Of a stretch of 64,000 bases of DNA, positions 43,779 to 53,482 are shown piece after piece (the stretch's first letter is position 1; every line of letters begins with the position of its first letter). The notes beneath the pieces are model-generated. The model was not told the DNA's origin, did not search any database, and was given only the letters and a program-made list of their open reading frames with translations. Source of the DNA: Desulfobacterales bacterium (lineage in GTDB: Bacteria; Desulfobacterota; Desulfobacteria; Desulfobacterales; JARGFK01). The stretch spans positions 1 to 64,000 of the forward strand of contig JARGFK010000011.1 of the NCBI GenBank assembly GCA_029211065.1, in the 5' to 3' direction. The translations under genes were made by a program, and so were the position numbers.

Positions 43779-43863
43779 GTAATTTGTCCCTTAATGTTGA
43801 GAATGGTCCGCCGACGTCGAACAGGTCGGGCAATTCGACCCAGCCGGCTGTTATCCACCATCT

Positions 43864-44910
43864 CTATTTCATGGCGGCCTTTACCTTTGCGGCCGTCTCG
43901 GCAGAAACCCATTGCGTCCACAGGCTCTCATAGGTTTTTAGAAACCACATGGCACCGTCCGCGGGTTTGCCCTTGCTATCTTGCATGTATGCCAGAAATT
44001 TGTTGTTGATATCGAGCGTCGTTTCATATTTTTTTAAAAATGCCGCCACATCCGGTGCCCATTCTGGAAGTTTCTTGTGAACAATAATATCGCATTTGAC
44101 CGCCGGGTATGCGCATTTTGCAGTGGATTTGAAGGTCGCATCATCAAAGGGCGGCTCTTCCAGTTGGGTCATGTCCAGTTTTCCCAGGACCCATGTCGGG
44201 GCCCAATAATAGCCGATCCAGGGTTTGCCGCGCTTGTAGGCAGCCTCCATGCTGGCGGCCAGGGCGGCCCCGGAACCGGGTTCCATGATGTTGTAATACT
44301 TGTCGACACCGTAGGCCTTGAACTTTTTGTCATTGATGATTTTACAGGACCAGCCGGGGATGCAGCTGTAAAAGCGGCCCTTTTGGGGATCTTCCGGGTC
44401 CTTGAACAGTTCCCAGTATTTGGGCATGTCAAACACCGATTTCAAGCCGGGAGCCGTTGCCTTGATTCCCCGTTTGGGATCTCCCTTGACCATGTAGGTG
44501 GGCACATACCAACCCTGAACACTGTTGGGAAAGTTAGCCCCTAATTGAATAAAGCCTTCTTTCGTGTTCGGGTCCCTGCCCTTGGCCAGCCCCTCATTGT
44601 AAAGTTCCTGCCAGTTTTCCGTCCAGGTCTCCATATTGACATTAGGGGCTTCGCTGCCTTTTGCCGCAATCAGCGCTGTGTTGAGCATGATTGTTTCACC
44701 GGCGGTATATCTAACCTCATATCCCAATCCGTGCTCAATTATAAAGCCCGCGATACGATTATGGACCTGGGCGCTGTCCCATCCAAAATCGGCAAAAACA
44801 ATGGCCTGTTTTGCTGCCGCCACTGTCGTACTGCCAATCAGCACCGTCGCAAACACAAGTCCTGCCAGCAGGACCCATCGGCGTAAGCTTCGAGTTCTCA
44901 AACCTTTCAT
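43864..44910 (-). CDS. proX: Glycine betaine/proline ABC transporter substrate-binding protein
   Basis: A signal peptide and a ProX/OpuAC-type fold are present ('FADFGWDSAQVH', aromatic Trp box). Confidence 0.8.
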   Translation of the reverse strand: MKGLRTRSLRRWVLLAGLVFATVLIGSTTVAAAKQAIVFADFGWDSAQVHNRIAGFIIEHGLGYEVRYTAGETIMLNTALIAAKGSEAPNVNMETWTENWQELYNEGLAKGRDPNTKEGFIQLGANFPNSVQGWYVPTYMVKGDPKRGIKATAPGLKSVFDMPKYWELFKDPEDPQKGRFYSCIPGWSCKIINDKKFKAYGVDKYYNIMEPGSGAALAASMEAAYKRGKPWIGYYWAPTWVLGKLDMTQLEEPPFDDATFKSTAKCAYPAVKCDIIVHKKLPEWAPDVAAFLKKYETTLDINNKFLAYMQDSKGKPADGAMWFLKTYESLWTQWVSAETAAKVKAAMK

Positions 44911-44951
44911 TTTAACCTCCTTTTTAATATTTTATAACAGACCGATGACCA

Positions 44952-46166
44952 TCAAGCAGTCTCGCCGTTTTGCTTTGCGCTTCCCGATGTGCATTCCGCC
45001 AGCGCCGCCAACAGGAATCCTTTGATGATAACGCCCTGTAAGTTATTGGTTTCGTCAACGACTGCAATGGGGTAGATATTGTCTGTCAAAAGCGGAAACA
45101 GGTCAATGGCCGGTGTGTCCGGAGACACCCGCTGAATATCCCGGATCAGAATGCGATCCAGTGTTTTATCGCCGCGCCGGATGGCTTCAGCAGCATCCGT
45201 GGCGGTAACAATACCGGCCAGTTGGCGGTCTTTACGAACAAAAATTTTGGATATGCCGGCTTTTTTCATTTTTCGCATGGCTGAATGAGGGCCGTCTGTC
45301 CCATAATAGGCAATGGCCTCGGATTTTTTTATGATTTTTTCGGCAGTGATGATCTTGCTCATGTCCACGTCTTCGACAAACTTGGCCACATATTCGTTGG
45401 CCGGATTGGTCAAAATCTGCTCAGCGGTTCCAGTCTGCACGATTCCCCCGTCTTTCATCAGTACGATTCGGTCGCCAATTTTTATGGCTTCGTCTAAGTC
45501 ATGACTGATAAAAACGATTGTCTTCCGCATTTTATCCTGCAGCTTGATGAGCTCGTCCTGCATTTCTCGGCGGATCAGTGGGTCCAGAGCACTAAAGGCT
45601 TCATCCATCAACATGATGTCGGCATCCAAGGCCAATGCCCGCGCGAGTCCGACACGTTGCTGCATGCCGCCGCTGAGTTGGTCCGGAAATGCGTCTTCCC
45701 ATCCCTTGAGCCCCACCTGTTCCAAGGCTTTCATGGCAGAATCTTTTCTTTTGGCTGATTCGACTTTCTGGATTTCGAGGCCGTATTCTACGTTGCGAAG
45801 CACAGTCCGATGAGGGAAAAGAGCAAAGTTCTGAAAGACCATACCGAAGTGTTTCTGACGAAACTCGCGCAGCTCTTTTTCGGACAGACCGATAACGTCC
45901 TGCCCATCGACAGTGACCTTGCCGGCGGTGGGTTCGATCAACCGATTGATGCATCGCACCAGCGTTGATTTGCCGCTGCCCGAAAGCCCCATGACAACGA
46001 GGATCTCTCCTTCGCTGACGTCAAAAGACACATCGACCAAACCCACTCCGTGGCGGGTTTTTTCCATGATTTCTTGTTTGCTGAGCCCCTGCTCGACCAG
46101 ACGCATTGCCTTTTCAGGATGGGAACCGAAGATTTTGAATAGATTTTGTATGACGATTTTTTTCAT
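44952..46166 (-). CDS. proV: Glycine betaine/proline ABC transporter ATP-binding protein with tandem CBS domains
   Basis: Walker A 'GLSGSGKST', the signature 'LSGGMQQRV' and a C-terminal CBS pair are present. Confidence 0.85.
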   Translation of the reverse strand: MKKIVIQNLFKIFGSHPEKAMRLVEQGLSKQEIMEKTRHGVGLVDVSFDVSEGEILVVMGLSGSGKSTLVRCINRLIEPTAGKVTVDGQDVIGLSEKELREFRQKHFGMVFQNFALFPHRTVLRNVEYGLEIQKVESAKRKDSAMKALEQVGLKGWEDAFPDQLSGGMQQRVGLARALALDADIMLMDEAFSALDPLIRREMQDELIKLQDKMRKTIVFISHDLDEAIKIGDRIVLMKDGGIVQTGTAEQILTNPANEYVAKFVEDVDMSKIITAEKIIKKSEAIAYYGTDGPHSAMRKMKKAGISKIFVRKDRQLAGIVTATDAAEAIRRGDKTLDRILIRDIQRVSPDTPAIDLFPLLTDNIYPIAVVDETNNLQGVIIKGFLLAALAECTSGSAKQNGETA

Positions 46167-46170
46167 TGCC

Positions 46171-46704
46171 TCAACGCTGCGATTTGGTGAATGAATTATG
46201 GGTTGAAGACTGCGCCGGCTCGATGGGACCTGTCGTCAGCATCGGTGCCGCCAAAATTTGTTTGGCACCCATCATGTCCACCAGCCGATTCAAGGAGCTG
46301 AGAATCATATGCTGCTCCCAGCTTTGCATTTCACTGAACTGCTGGATAAACGATTCTTGCATCAGCGGCGGTGCGGTTTCCAGCAGAAAATCTCCGGACG
46401 AAGTGGTTTCGATCAGCGTACGGCGCCGGTCGCGAGCACTTTGTCTTCTGGAGATCAAACCCTTTTTTTCCAGTCGATCTATAATACCGGTTACCGTCGC
46501 CTGGCTGAGGCTAATGGCCCGTGAAAGATCGCTGGCCGTTATTTCACTGGATTGTGAGATTTCTTTCAGAATGATCAACTGGGGACCGGTAAGACCAAAC
46601 TGTTTGACCAGACTTTTGGAGTGCAGGTCGATTGACTGGATAATACGCCGTATGGCGATCAAGACATGATCGCACACAGACGTGGTTTGGGAATTATTTG
46701 TCAT
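46171..46704 (-). CDS. MarR-family transcriptional regulator, first gene of the marR-proVWX operon
   Basis: A winged helix is present ('LTGPQLIILKEI…ITASDLSRAISLSQATVTGIIDRLEKKGLISR'). Its stop is 4 nt from the proV start. Confidence 0.8.
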   Translation of the reverse strand: MTNNSQTTSVCDHVLIAIRRIIQSIDLHSKSLVKQFGLTGPQLIILKEISQSSEITASDLSRAISLSQATVTGIIDRLEKKGLISRRQSARDRRRTLIETTSSGDFLLETAPPLMQESFIQQFSEMQSWEQHMILSSLNRLVDMMGAKQILAAPMLTTGPIEPAQSSTHNSFTKSQR

Positions 46705-46834
46705 GAGAATACACCCGATATTTTTAAGCCGCCAATTGATGCGCTAAAAAGCTTTTTGGTCAAATAAATATTTACACCAAAATTTTTATAACTCAAAGTA
46801 AGTATTTGAAAATCTGATGAATTTAATATTATAT

Positions 46835-46858
46835 AATTACTTGTATTTACAAATTAAT
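46835..46858. promoter_or_regulatory. Perfect 24-bp palindrome tatttacaaattaatttgtaaata in the AT-rich divergent control region, a candidate operator
   Basis: Exact reverse-complement symmetry was checked base by base. It lies in the 467-bp, roughly 30% GC region between the marR-proVWX operon and the fructokinase-SPS-sucrose phosphorylase operon. Confidence 0.4.
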
Positions 46859-47170
46859 TTGTAAATATCGATATCACAGTTAAAAATAATTATCAACGCC
46901 TTAACCCAATTAATTCTCAAAAAACATATTGTGTTCTTAATAATTACGGATTGTTGTTTTGTTAGATTATGGCAAATACGGTTCGTATGGCGGTCAACTC
47001 TGAGCGGATATGGCAGTTTGACATTCACGCTCATATAACCTATTATTTTATAAGCGATTGCACAGCCTTCAACCCAAAAAACCTCATAATTAAAGGATTG
47101 GTACGGTGTATTCTTCAAAATCTTTTAATCTGAAAAACCGGTCTCGACCGCAATAGGTTTAAGATATTTC

Positions 47171-48076
47171 ATGGTACTCGTCATAGGAGAAATACTTTTT
47201 GATATCTTTCCGGAATACCGCCGTCTGGGCGGCGCTCCGTTTAATTTTGCTTATCATTTGAAAAATCTGGGAATGGATACGCGTTTTATTTCACGTGTCG
47301 GCCGGGATGAACCAGGCCAAAAAATTATAGATTTTATCGATAAACACGGATTCAATGGGGATGATATTCAAGTGGATCCCGATCATGAAACCGGCACTGT
47401 ACATGTCAAGTTAAATCCAGACGGAACTCCTGAATTTAATATTCGGCCCAACGCGGCCTACGATTACATTCAATGTGACGAATCCGTCAAAAAGCTGCTG
47501 GAGCATCCGCCGGCGTTAATTTATTTCGGCACTCTGATGCAGCGGACTGGAAATGGGTTTCAAACAATTCAGCAGATGCTGTCTCAAAAAAAAACCGCCA
47601 CCCGAACGTTATATGACATCAATTTAAGGCCGGGCTGCTATAGCGAGAAAATCATCGCTGCCTCTTTGGAAAGGACGGACATCCTCAAACTTAATCATGA
47701 GGAGCTATCGTTTTTAAGCTGGATGCTGAGAGAAAAAACAGGCACCCGGAACCTCATCGACAGGCTGTTTCGGGAGTTTGCAATAGAATCCATCGTGTTG
47801 ACGGCCGGCGAGAACGGCAGTGAATGGTTTACGGATAAGAAACATCGCCGCATTAAACCAACCGGACCCATAGATATTGTCGATACGGTTGGCGCAGGCG
47901 ATGCCTATGCCGCCATCGTTGCCCTGGGTTATCTGCAGAAATGGCCGGTTGAAAAAATCTTGTCACTGGCCAATTGTTTTGCCGCCCATATTTGCTCAAT
48001 CAAAGGGGCACTCCCTGACGGCAAAGATGTCTACAATCGTATTTTAAAAAAGAGAGGCGATTTGGATGAAAGCTGA
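47171..48076 (+). CDS. PfkB-family carbohydrate kinase (fructokinase-like)
   Basis: The N-terminus 'LVIGEILFDIF' and 'DTVGAGDAY' are present. Confidence 0.8.
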   Translation: MVLVIGEILFDIFPEYRRLGGAPFNFAYHLKNLGMDTRFISRVGRDEPGQKIIDFIDKHGFNGDDIQVDPDHETGTVHVKLNPDGTPEFNIRPNAAYDYIQCDESVKKLLEHPPALIYFGTLMQRTGNGFQTIQQMLSQKKTATRTLYDINLRPGCYSEKIIAASLERTDILKLNHEELSFLSWMLREKTGTRNLIDRLFREFAIESIVLTAGENGSEWFTDKKHRRIKPTGPIDIVDTVGAGDAYAAIVALGYLQKWPVEKILSLANCFAAHICSIKGALPDGKDVYNRILKKRGDLDES

Positions 48077-50263
48077 AGGAATTTATATCCAAATGTTTAG
48101 CATCCACGGCTTGGTGCGTTCTGAAAACATGGAACTTGGCCGGGATGCCGACACCGGCGGGCAGGTGAAATACGTAATCGAGCTCGGCAATGTTCTCAGC
48201 CAGGCGAAAGGAATCCGGCGTGTTGATCTTTTTACCCGTCTGATATCTGATAAAGCCGTATCCGACGATTATGCCAAACCGATCGAATCCGTGAATGAAA
48301 AATTTCGAATCGTCCGTATCCAGTGCGGCGGACGTAAATACATCCGCAAAGAGCTGCTGTGGCCCCACCTGGAAGAATTTATCGATAAAACCATTAAATT
48401 TATCAAGCGTGAAGGTGACATCTCCCATGTGGTGCATGGTCACTATGCCGACGGCGGATATGTAGCCATGCAGCTATCGCGTATATTCGGCATTCCTTTT
48501 GTTTTTACCGGCCATTCGCTGGGAAGAATCAAGAAGCAAAAGCTGATGAACGAAGGGCTCGGTGAAGAAGAAGTCAAAAAAAATATCGCATCGATCACCG
48601 TATTCAAGTGGAAGAGGAAATCCTAAAATGTGCCGACCTGATTGTGACCAGTACGAACCAGGAGATTCAGGATCAATACGGTATGTATCCGCATGATGAC
48701 CTGCCCGAATTTCGCGCAATTCCGCCGGGCATTGATGTTGACAAGTTTTACCCTTTCTATCACGATATGTTGCCCGAAGCCGAGCGCCCGGAATCGGCCA
48801 TGTATGCCAAAGCGTCGCTGATGCAGGAACTCAACCGTTTTTTTCTGCACCCGGACAAGCCTTTGATTTTAGCGCTATGCCGGCCCGACAAGCGCAAAAA
48901 TATTGACGGGCTTATTCGGGCCTATGGCGAAAATTCAAACTTACAGGCCATGGCCAATCTGGCGATTTTTGCCGGCATACGCAAAGATATCCGCCTGATG
49001 GAAGAAAATGAGCGAGACGTGCTGACCCAGATGCTGCTGTTGATGGACAAATACAACCTGTACGGGAAAATGGCTATCCCCAAACAGCACGATTTTGAAC
49101 ACGAAGTCCCGGAGATCTATCGTATCGCCGCTGAGAAAAAAGGTGTTTTTGTAAACTCGGCCCTAACGGAACCATTTGGTATCACCCTGCTGGAGGCTTC
49201 CGCTTCCGGGCTGCCGGTTGTCGCCACCAATGATGGCGGCCCCAGAGATATCATTCATAACTGCCGCAGCGGAATCCTGGTGGATCCAACCCAATCCGAA
49301 GAAATTGCCTGTGCCGTTAGCGGGATCATCGCCCACAACCACCAGTGGGACAAATTTTCAAAAAATGGTGTCATGAATACCCGTAAACACTATACTTGGC
49401 AAAGTCATGCCCGAAAGTATATCGCTGAAATCAAGCGTCTGCTGGAAAAGTCAGATGCCGCCGATTTGGCTGCGGCAGTTCCATCCAATTCTATCGGCAA
49501 CAGATTGATAAAGATAAATTATTTTGTTGTCTGTGATATCGACAACACCCTGATCGGCGGCAGGAATGAAGACCTGTTGGAGCTGATTCATCTATTGACC
49601 GACTGTAAAGTGTTTGTCGGTTTCGGCGTCGCTACCGGTCGCACGGTGGATTCCGCCGTTACCGTTTTACAGGGGCATGGGATCCCTTCCCCGGATATCA
49701 TCATATCGTCGGTGGGAAGCGAAATTTACTACGGCCCGGACAGGCACTACAGTCAAGGGTGGAAGACCCATATTTCCAGCCGTTGGAATCGCGATAAAAT
49801 CGTCACACTGTTAGAACAATTTGATTTTTTAGAATACCAGTTGGAAGCAACCCAGCGGAAATTTAAAATCAGCTATGATATGGCGCCCGACAAGGATCAT
49901 TTGGCAATGATACACGCTCGGCTGCTCAAACATAAATGCCGCTACAATCTGGTCTATTCCCATCAGAAACATCTGGACATTCTCCCCTTTCGGGCATCCA
50001 AAGGAAAGGCACTTCGCTATTTGAGTTACAAATGGGGAATTCCGCTCTCCAACTTTCTGGTCTGCGGCGATTCCGGCAACGACGAGGAGATGCTGCGCGG
50101 CGAGCCCCGGGCCGTTGTGGTTGGCAATTACAGCCCCGAACTGGAAAAATTGAAAGGACAAAAACATATCTTTTTTGCCAAAGCGCCCTATGCCGGTGGT
50201 ATTCTTGAAGCCATTGACCATTATCAGTTCATTCAAACCGCAAAGGCCGATGCATCATCATGA
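48066..50263 (+). pseudogene. Sucrose-phosphate synthase with C-terminal sucrose-phosphatase-like HAD domain, interrupted by a 1-nt deletion in an A8 run at 48576-48583 (ORFs 48066..48626 and 48608..50263)
   Basis: The SPS N-terminus is 'IHGLVRSENMELGRDADTGGQVKYV'. Inserting one A restores '...VKKKYRIDHRIQVEEEILKCADLIVTSTNQE...'. The C-terminus carries a HAD motif 'VVCDIDNTL'. Confidence 0.75.
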
Positions 50264-51707
50264 CACTGCAAAATAAAATTCAGCTCATCACCTATCCGGA
50301 CAGTCTGGGGCATAATCTGCCTGAACTTCATTATGTCCTGCGAAAATATCTCCGCAAAGCAGTCGGAGGGGTACACCTTTTACCTTTCTATCCGTCTTCG
50401 GCGGACCGGGGATTCGCACCGTTGACTTATGACGAGGTTGATCCCGCTTTCGGAAGTTGGGAAGATGTCGATAAAATCGGTCGCGATTTTGACATGGTCA
50501 TTGATTTCATGGTCAATCATATTTCCCGTCAATCCTTGTTCTTTCAGGACTATATCGAAAACGGCGCTGTGTCCCCGTATGCCGACATGTTTTTAAGCTT
50601 CAGAAAAATCAGTCCCAACGGCGAAATCAGCGATGCCGATCTGGCCAAAGTATATACCCGCAAGCCCCGCCATCCCTATACGGTGATAGAACGTTCCGAC
50701 GGCTCCAAAGAAAAAATTTGGTGTACCTTTGACTATGAACAAATTGATCTGGATTACACTTCTGCCGTCACCCGGGAAGTCATGCGCAAGTTCCTGATTC
50801 GGTTGGCCCGCAGCAGCGCCAAATTAATCCGATTAGACGCCATTGCTTACACCACCTTCAAAGTTGGAACCAACTGTTTTTTCTAGAACCGCAAATCTGG
50901 GAATTACTGGATTGGTTAAGCGATCTGACGAGAACGTTTGATACCGACGTATTGCCCGAGGTGCACGAGCATTACAGCTATCAGTTCAAGTTGGCGGAAA
51001 AAGGGTACTGGTCCTATGATTTTGCGCTGCCCCTGCTGGTTCTCAATGCTCTCTATCATCATACCAACAAAAAACTCGTCGAGTGGCTGCGGATCTGCCC
51101 TCACAAACAGATAACGGCTCTTGATACCCACGATGGTATCGGTGTCGTCGATGTTCGGGATCTTCTGGCCCCTGAAGATATCGACCGCACCATTGAAGGG
51201 CTCTATCAAAAAGGCTCCAATGTCAAACGGATATATTCCGGACCGGAATATCAAAATTTGGACATCTATCAGGTCAACTGTACTTACTACTCAGCCCTGG
51301 AATCAAATGACGATTCCTATTTGACGGCGCGTACCATCCAGTTTTTTGCGCCGGGTATTCCGCAGGTTTACTATGTCGGCTTGCTGGCGGGAGAAAATGA
51401 CATTGAGATGGTTGAGAAAACGCAATCGGGCAGAAATATCAACCGACATAACTATGATCTTGATGAAATTCAGACGGCCACGGAAAAACCGGCGGTCAAG
51501 CGGTTATTAAAATTAATGGAATTCCGCAACACCTTTCCGGCCTTCAACGGAGAATTCAGGATCCACGATTCAGATGAAAGTGAACTTGTGCTCTCCTGGA
51601 CGATGGAGGGTTATCAAGCGACGGCTATAATCGATTTGGCCAACTATCAAACCAGAATTCAGTACCATGATGCGGCGGCCGGTCACAGTGATGAATTTAG
51701 GGTTTGA
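50260..51707 (+). pseudogene. Sucrose phosphorylase family (GH13_18) enzyme, interrupted by a 1-nt deletion in a T6 run at 50877-50882 (ORFs 50260..50886 and 50952..51707)
   Basis: The N-terminus 'KIQLITYPDSLG…VHLLPFYPSSADRGFAPLTYDEVDPAFGSW' is followed by 'IRLDAIAYT'. Reading through with T7 gives '…GTNCFFLEPQIWELLDWLSDLTRTFDTDVLPEVHEHY…', continuous with the second ORF. Confidence 0.75.
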
Positions 51708-51832
51708 TCAATCATCTCCTGTAGGGGCATCCATTGGATTTAAGCAACGGTTTCATTGTCGTCAGCCCTCTCGTTTAGTTTACACTATTGTTGCAGGATT
51801 TGGGAATGTTGTGTCTTTATAAAATATTGTCG

Positions 51833-52912
51833 TTAAGATATTTTCAGGTCACTCCCGGCAAATCCAAATTCCGACAAAATCGAAAGCGCAACCCTAACCG
51901 CCTCATTCGGGTTTAAATAGGTTTCAACAAAAAGGTCTGTTCCGGCAATGCCTGCCGGAAAGCGCAGTTCGTTTGAATTGGCATTGAAATAATATTTTTT
52001 ACCCACCGAATGCCATTGAAGGCTGTCGATATCCTGATGATGCTCCGTCCTTAAAACTTCGCACAATTTAACCAGCAGTTCCTCCCAGGATTTGACTTTG
52101 CATATCTTCCCTTTCAACGAAAAAGAGGTGATGGATTGCCCGTCATAAGATTTTTGCACCTCTTTTTCAGGTATAAACACAGCCTTTTCCATTCTGGACG
52201 CTGCCTTTTCTTCCGGCTGCGGCGCCGGCGCTTCGGTCTTTTGCGGCTGCTTTAAATATTCGCTTAAAAAATTGACGATCGCATTCTTTTCCGCCGGAAC
52301 GCCACTCATTTTTTCAGCGGTTTCACCTATCAGTTTGATCAGCATGTCATGGGGTTCAGACAATATCTTGGACCAGGCCTCCGGGATTGCTTTCCGGGCG
52401 GCCTGCTGTAGTATATTTTTTAGTATATCCGCCGCTCTTTTTAGGGCAGCCCCTTTTGAAACCTCATCCCTTTTCAAAAAGGCCGTCAACTGCTCTTCAA
52501 TATCATTGGTCTTTTGCTTTGAAAAATCCAATACGACAAACCGGTTTTGAAGCGCATTGCCCTTATTGGATGAAAGATAAAACCACCAGATGACGCCATT
52601 GGTCAAAATTGCAAGTTCAACCCCTTTTTTGGAAGCATATTCAAAAACCTTTTCCTGGTGTTTATCCAGGGTTTCCTTGGGTTTAACGACTTTTATGAGT
52701 ACCTTGCGGGTGTTTTTTATGCTTAAGGCATAGTCTGCCTGCTGCGATTCATTCCCAAGATTGGGATTTACTTCATCAACATTGAAAATATCCCAGCCCA
52801 GCAAAAACAACACTCTTAATACGATCGCCTGTTTGGTCGCGGCTTCATCAAAGGAATTGACCTGTTTGTTTGATTTGATGCCGTCAACAAATTCAACCAG
52901 TTGTCGTTCCAT
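51833..52912 (-). CDS. HsdR-N-terminal-like PD-(D/E)xK nuclease-domain protein (standalone), low GC
   Basis: The N-terminus has 'EAATKQAIVLRVLFLLGWD…ADYAL…KVLIKVVKPKE…ELAILTNGVIWWFY', typical of the type-I restriction R-subunit N-terminal nuclease fold. The C-terminal about 150 aa are of unknown function. GC is about 43% against about 57% in the flanks. Confidence 0.5.
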   Translation of the reverse strand: MERQLVEFVDGIKSNKQVNSFDEAATKQAIVLRVLFLLGWDIFNVDEVNPNLGNESQQADYALSIKNTRKVLIKVVKPKETLDKHQEKVFEYASKKGVELAILTNGVIWWFYLSSNKGNALQNRFVVLDFSKQKTNDIEEQLTAFLKRDEVSKGAALKRAADILKNILQQAARKAIPEAWSKILSEPHDMLIKLIGETAEKMSGVPAEKNAIVNFLSEYLKQPQKTEAPAPQPEEKAASRMEKAVFIPEKEVQKSYDGQSITSFSLKGKICKVKSWEELLVKLCEVLRTEHHQDIDSLQWHSVGKKYYFNANSNELRFPAGIAGTDLFVETYLNPNEAVRVALSILSEFGFAGSDLKIS

Positions 52913-53093
52913 TTCTTAATTCCTTTATAGCGTTAAAAGGGTGCCCTTTGACTTTTATCGATTGTTTCATGTATTTTATACTGATCTTGCGGATAAATCA
53001 AAATTTTTTAATTTAAAAGACAGACCCGGCCGCAAACCTCCTTTTCAGAATGTTCCCGGGTGGAATTTTCAACCTCAAGAGGCGACGTGTAGT

Positions 53094-53270
53094 ATGACCA
53101 GTAAAAATTTCAAAGAACAATGTACAGACCTGACTCAGGAGCTTAAAATAAACATCCCCTGTCGGCTGGCCGAGCGAATTGAGGCGTTTTCTTCGAAAAA
53201 CGGGTCAACCATTTCAGCGGTGGTCATCGAAGCTTTGGATATTTTCCTGAGGAAGCAGAATCAAGACTAA
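53094..53270 (+). CDS. Ribbon-helix-helix (CopG/Arc-like) small DNA-binding protein
   Basis: 'KINIPCRLAERIEAFSSKNGSTISAVVIEALDIFL' shows the beta-alpha-alpha RHH pattern. An RBS 'aagagg' lies about 12 nt upstream of the ATG at 53094. It is divergent from the HsdR-N-like gene. Confidence 0.5.
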   Translation: MTSKNFKEQCTDLTQELKINIPCRLAERIEAFSSKNGSTISAVVIEALDIFLRKQNQD

Positions 53271-53482
53271 AAGTTCTCAGGGATCGGGATCAGATATTTT
53301 CCTTTGATTCAGTTTGATGGGCTGAAAAAGGGGCGCTGGCAGGCTGTTGAAAAACAAGAATCAGGTCGCCAGGCGAGGCGCGCGACGATTCGACACGCGC
53401 AGTCCCGCCAAAGCGGGATGAGCATTAGCGAGAGTCGCCCAACGCCGAATGGCGACCGCAGCCGCAGCTTTGCAACGGCCTG

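Noticed and set aside
892-50882. Programmed ribosomal frameshifting at the four homopolymer sites
   Set aside because: No slippery heptamer plus downstream structure is evident, and all four sites need the same +1-nt correction. Technical indels are more parsimonious.
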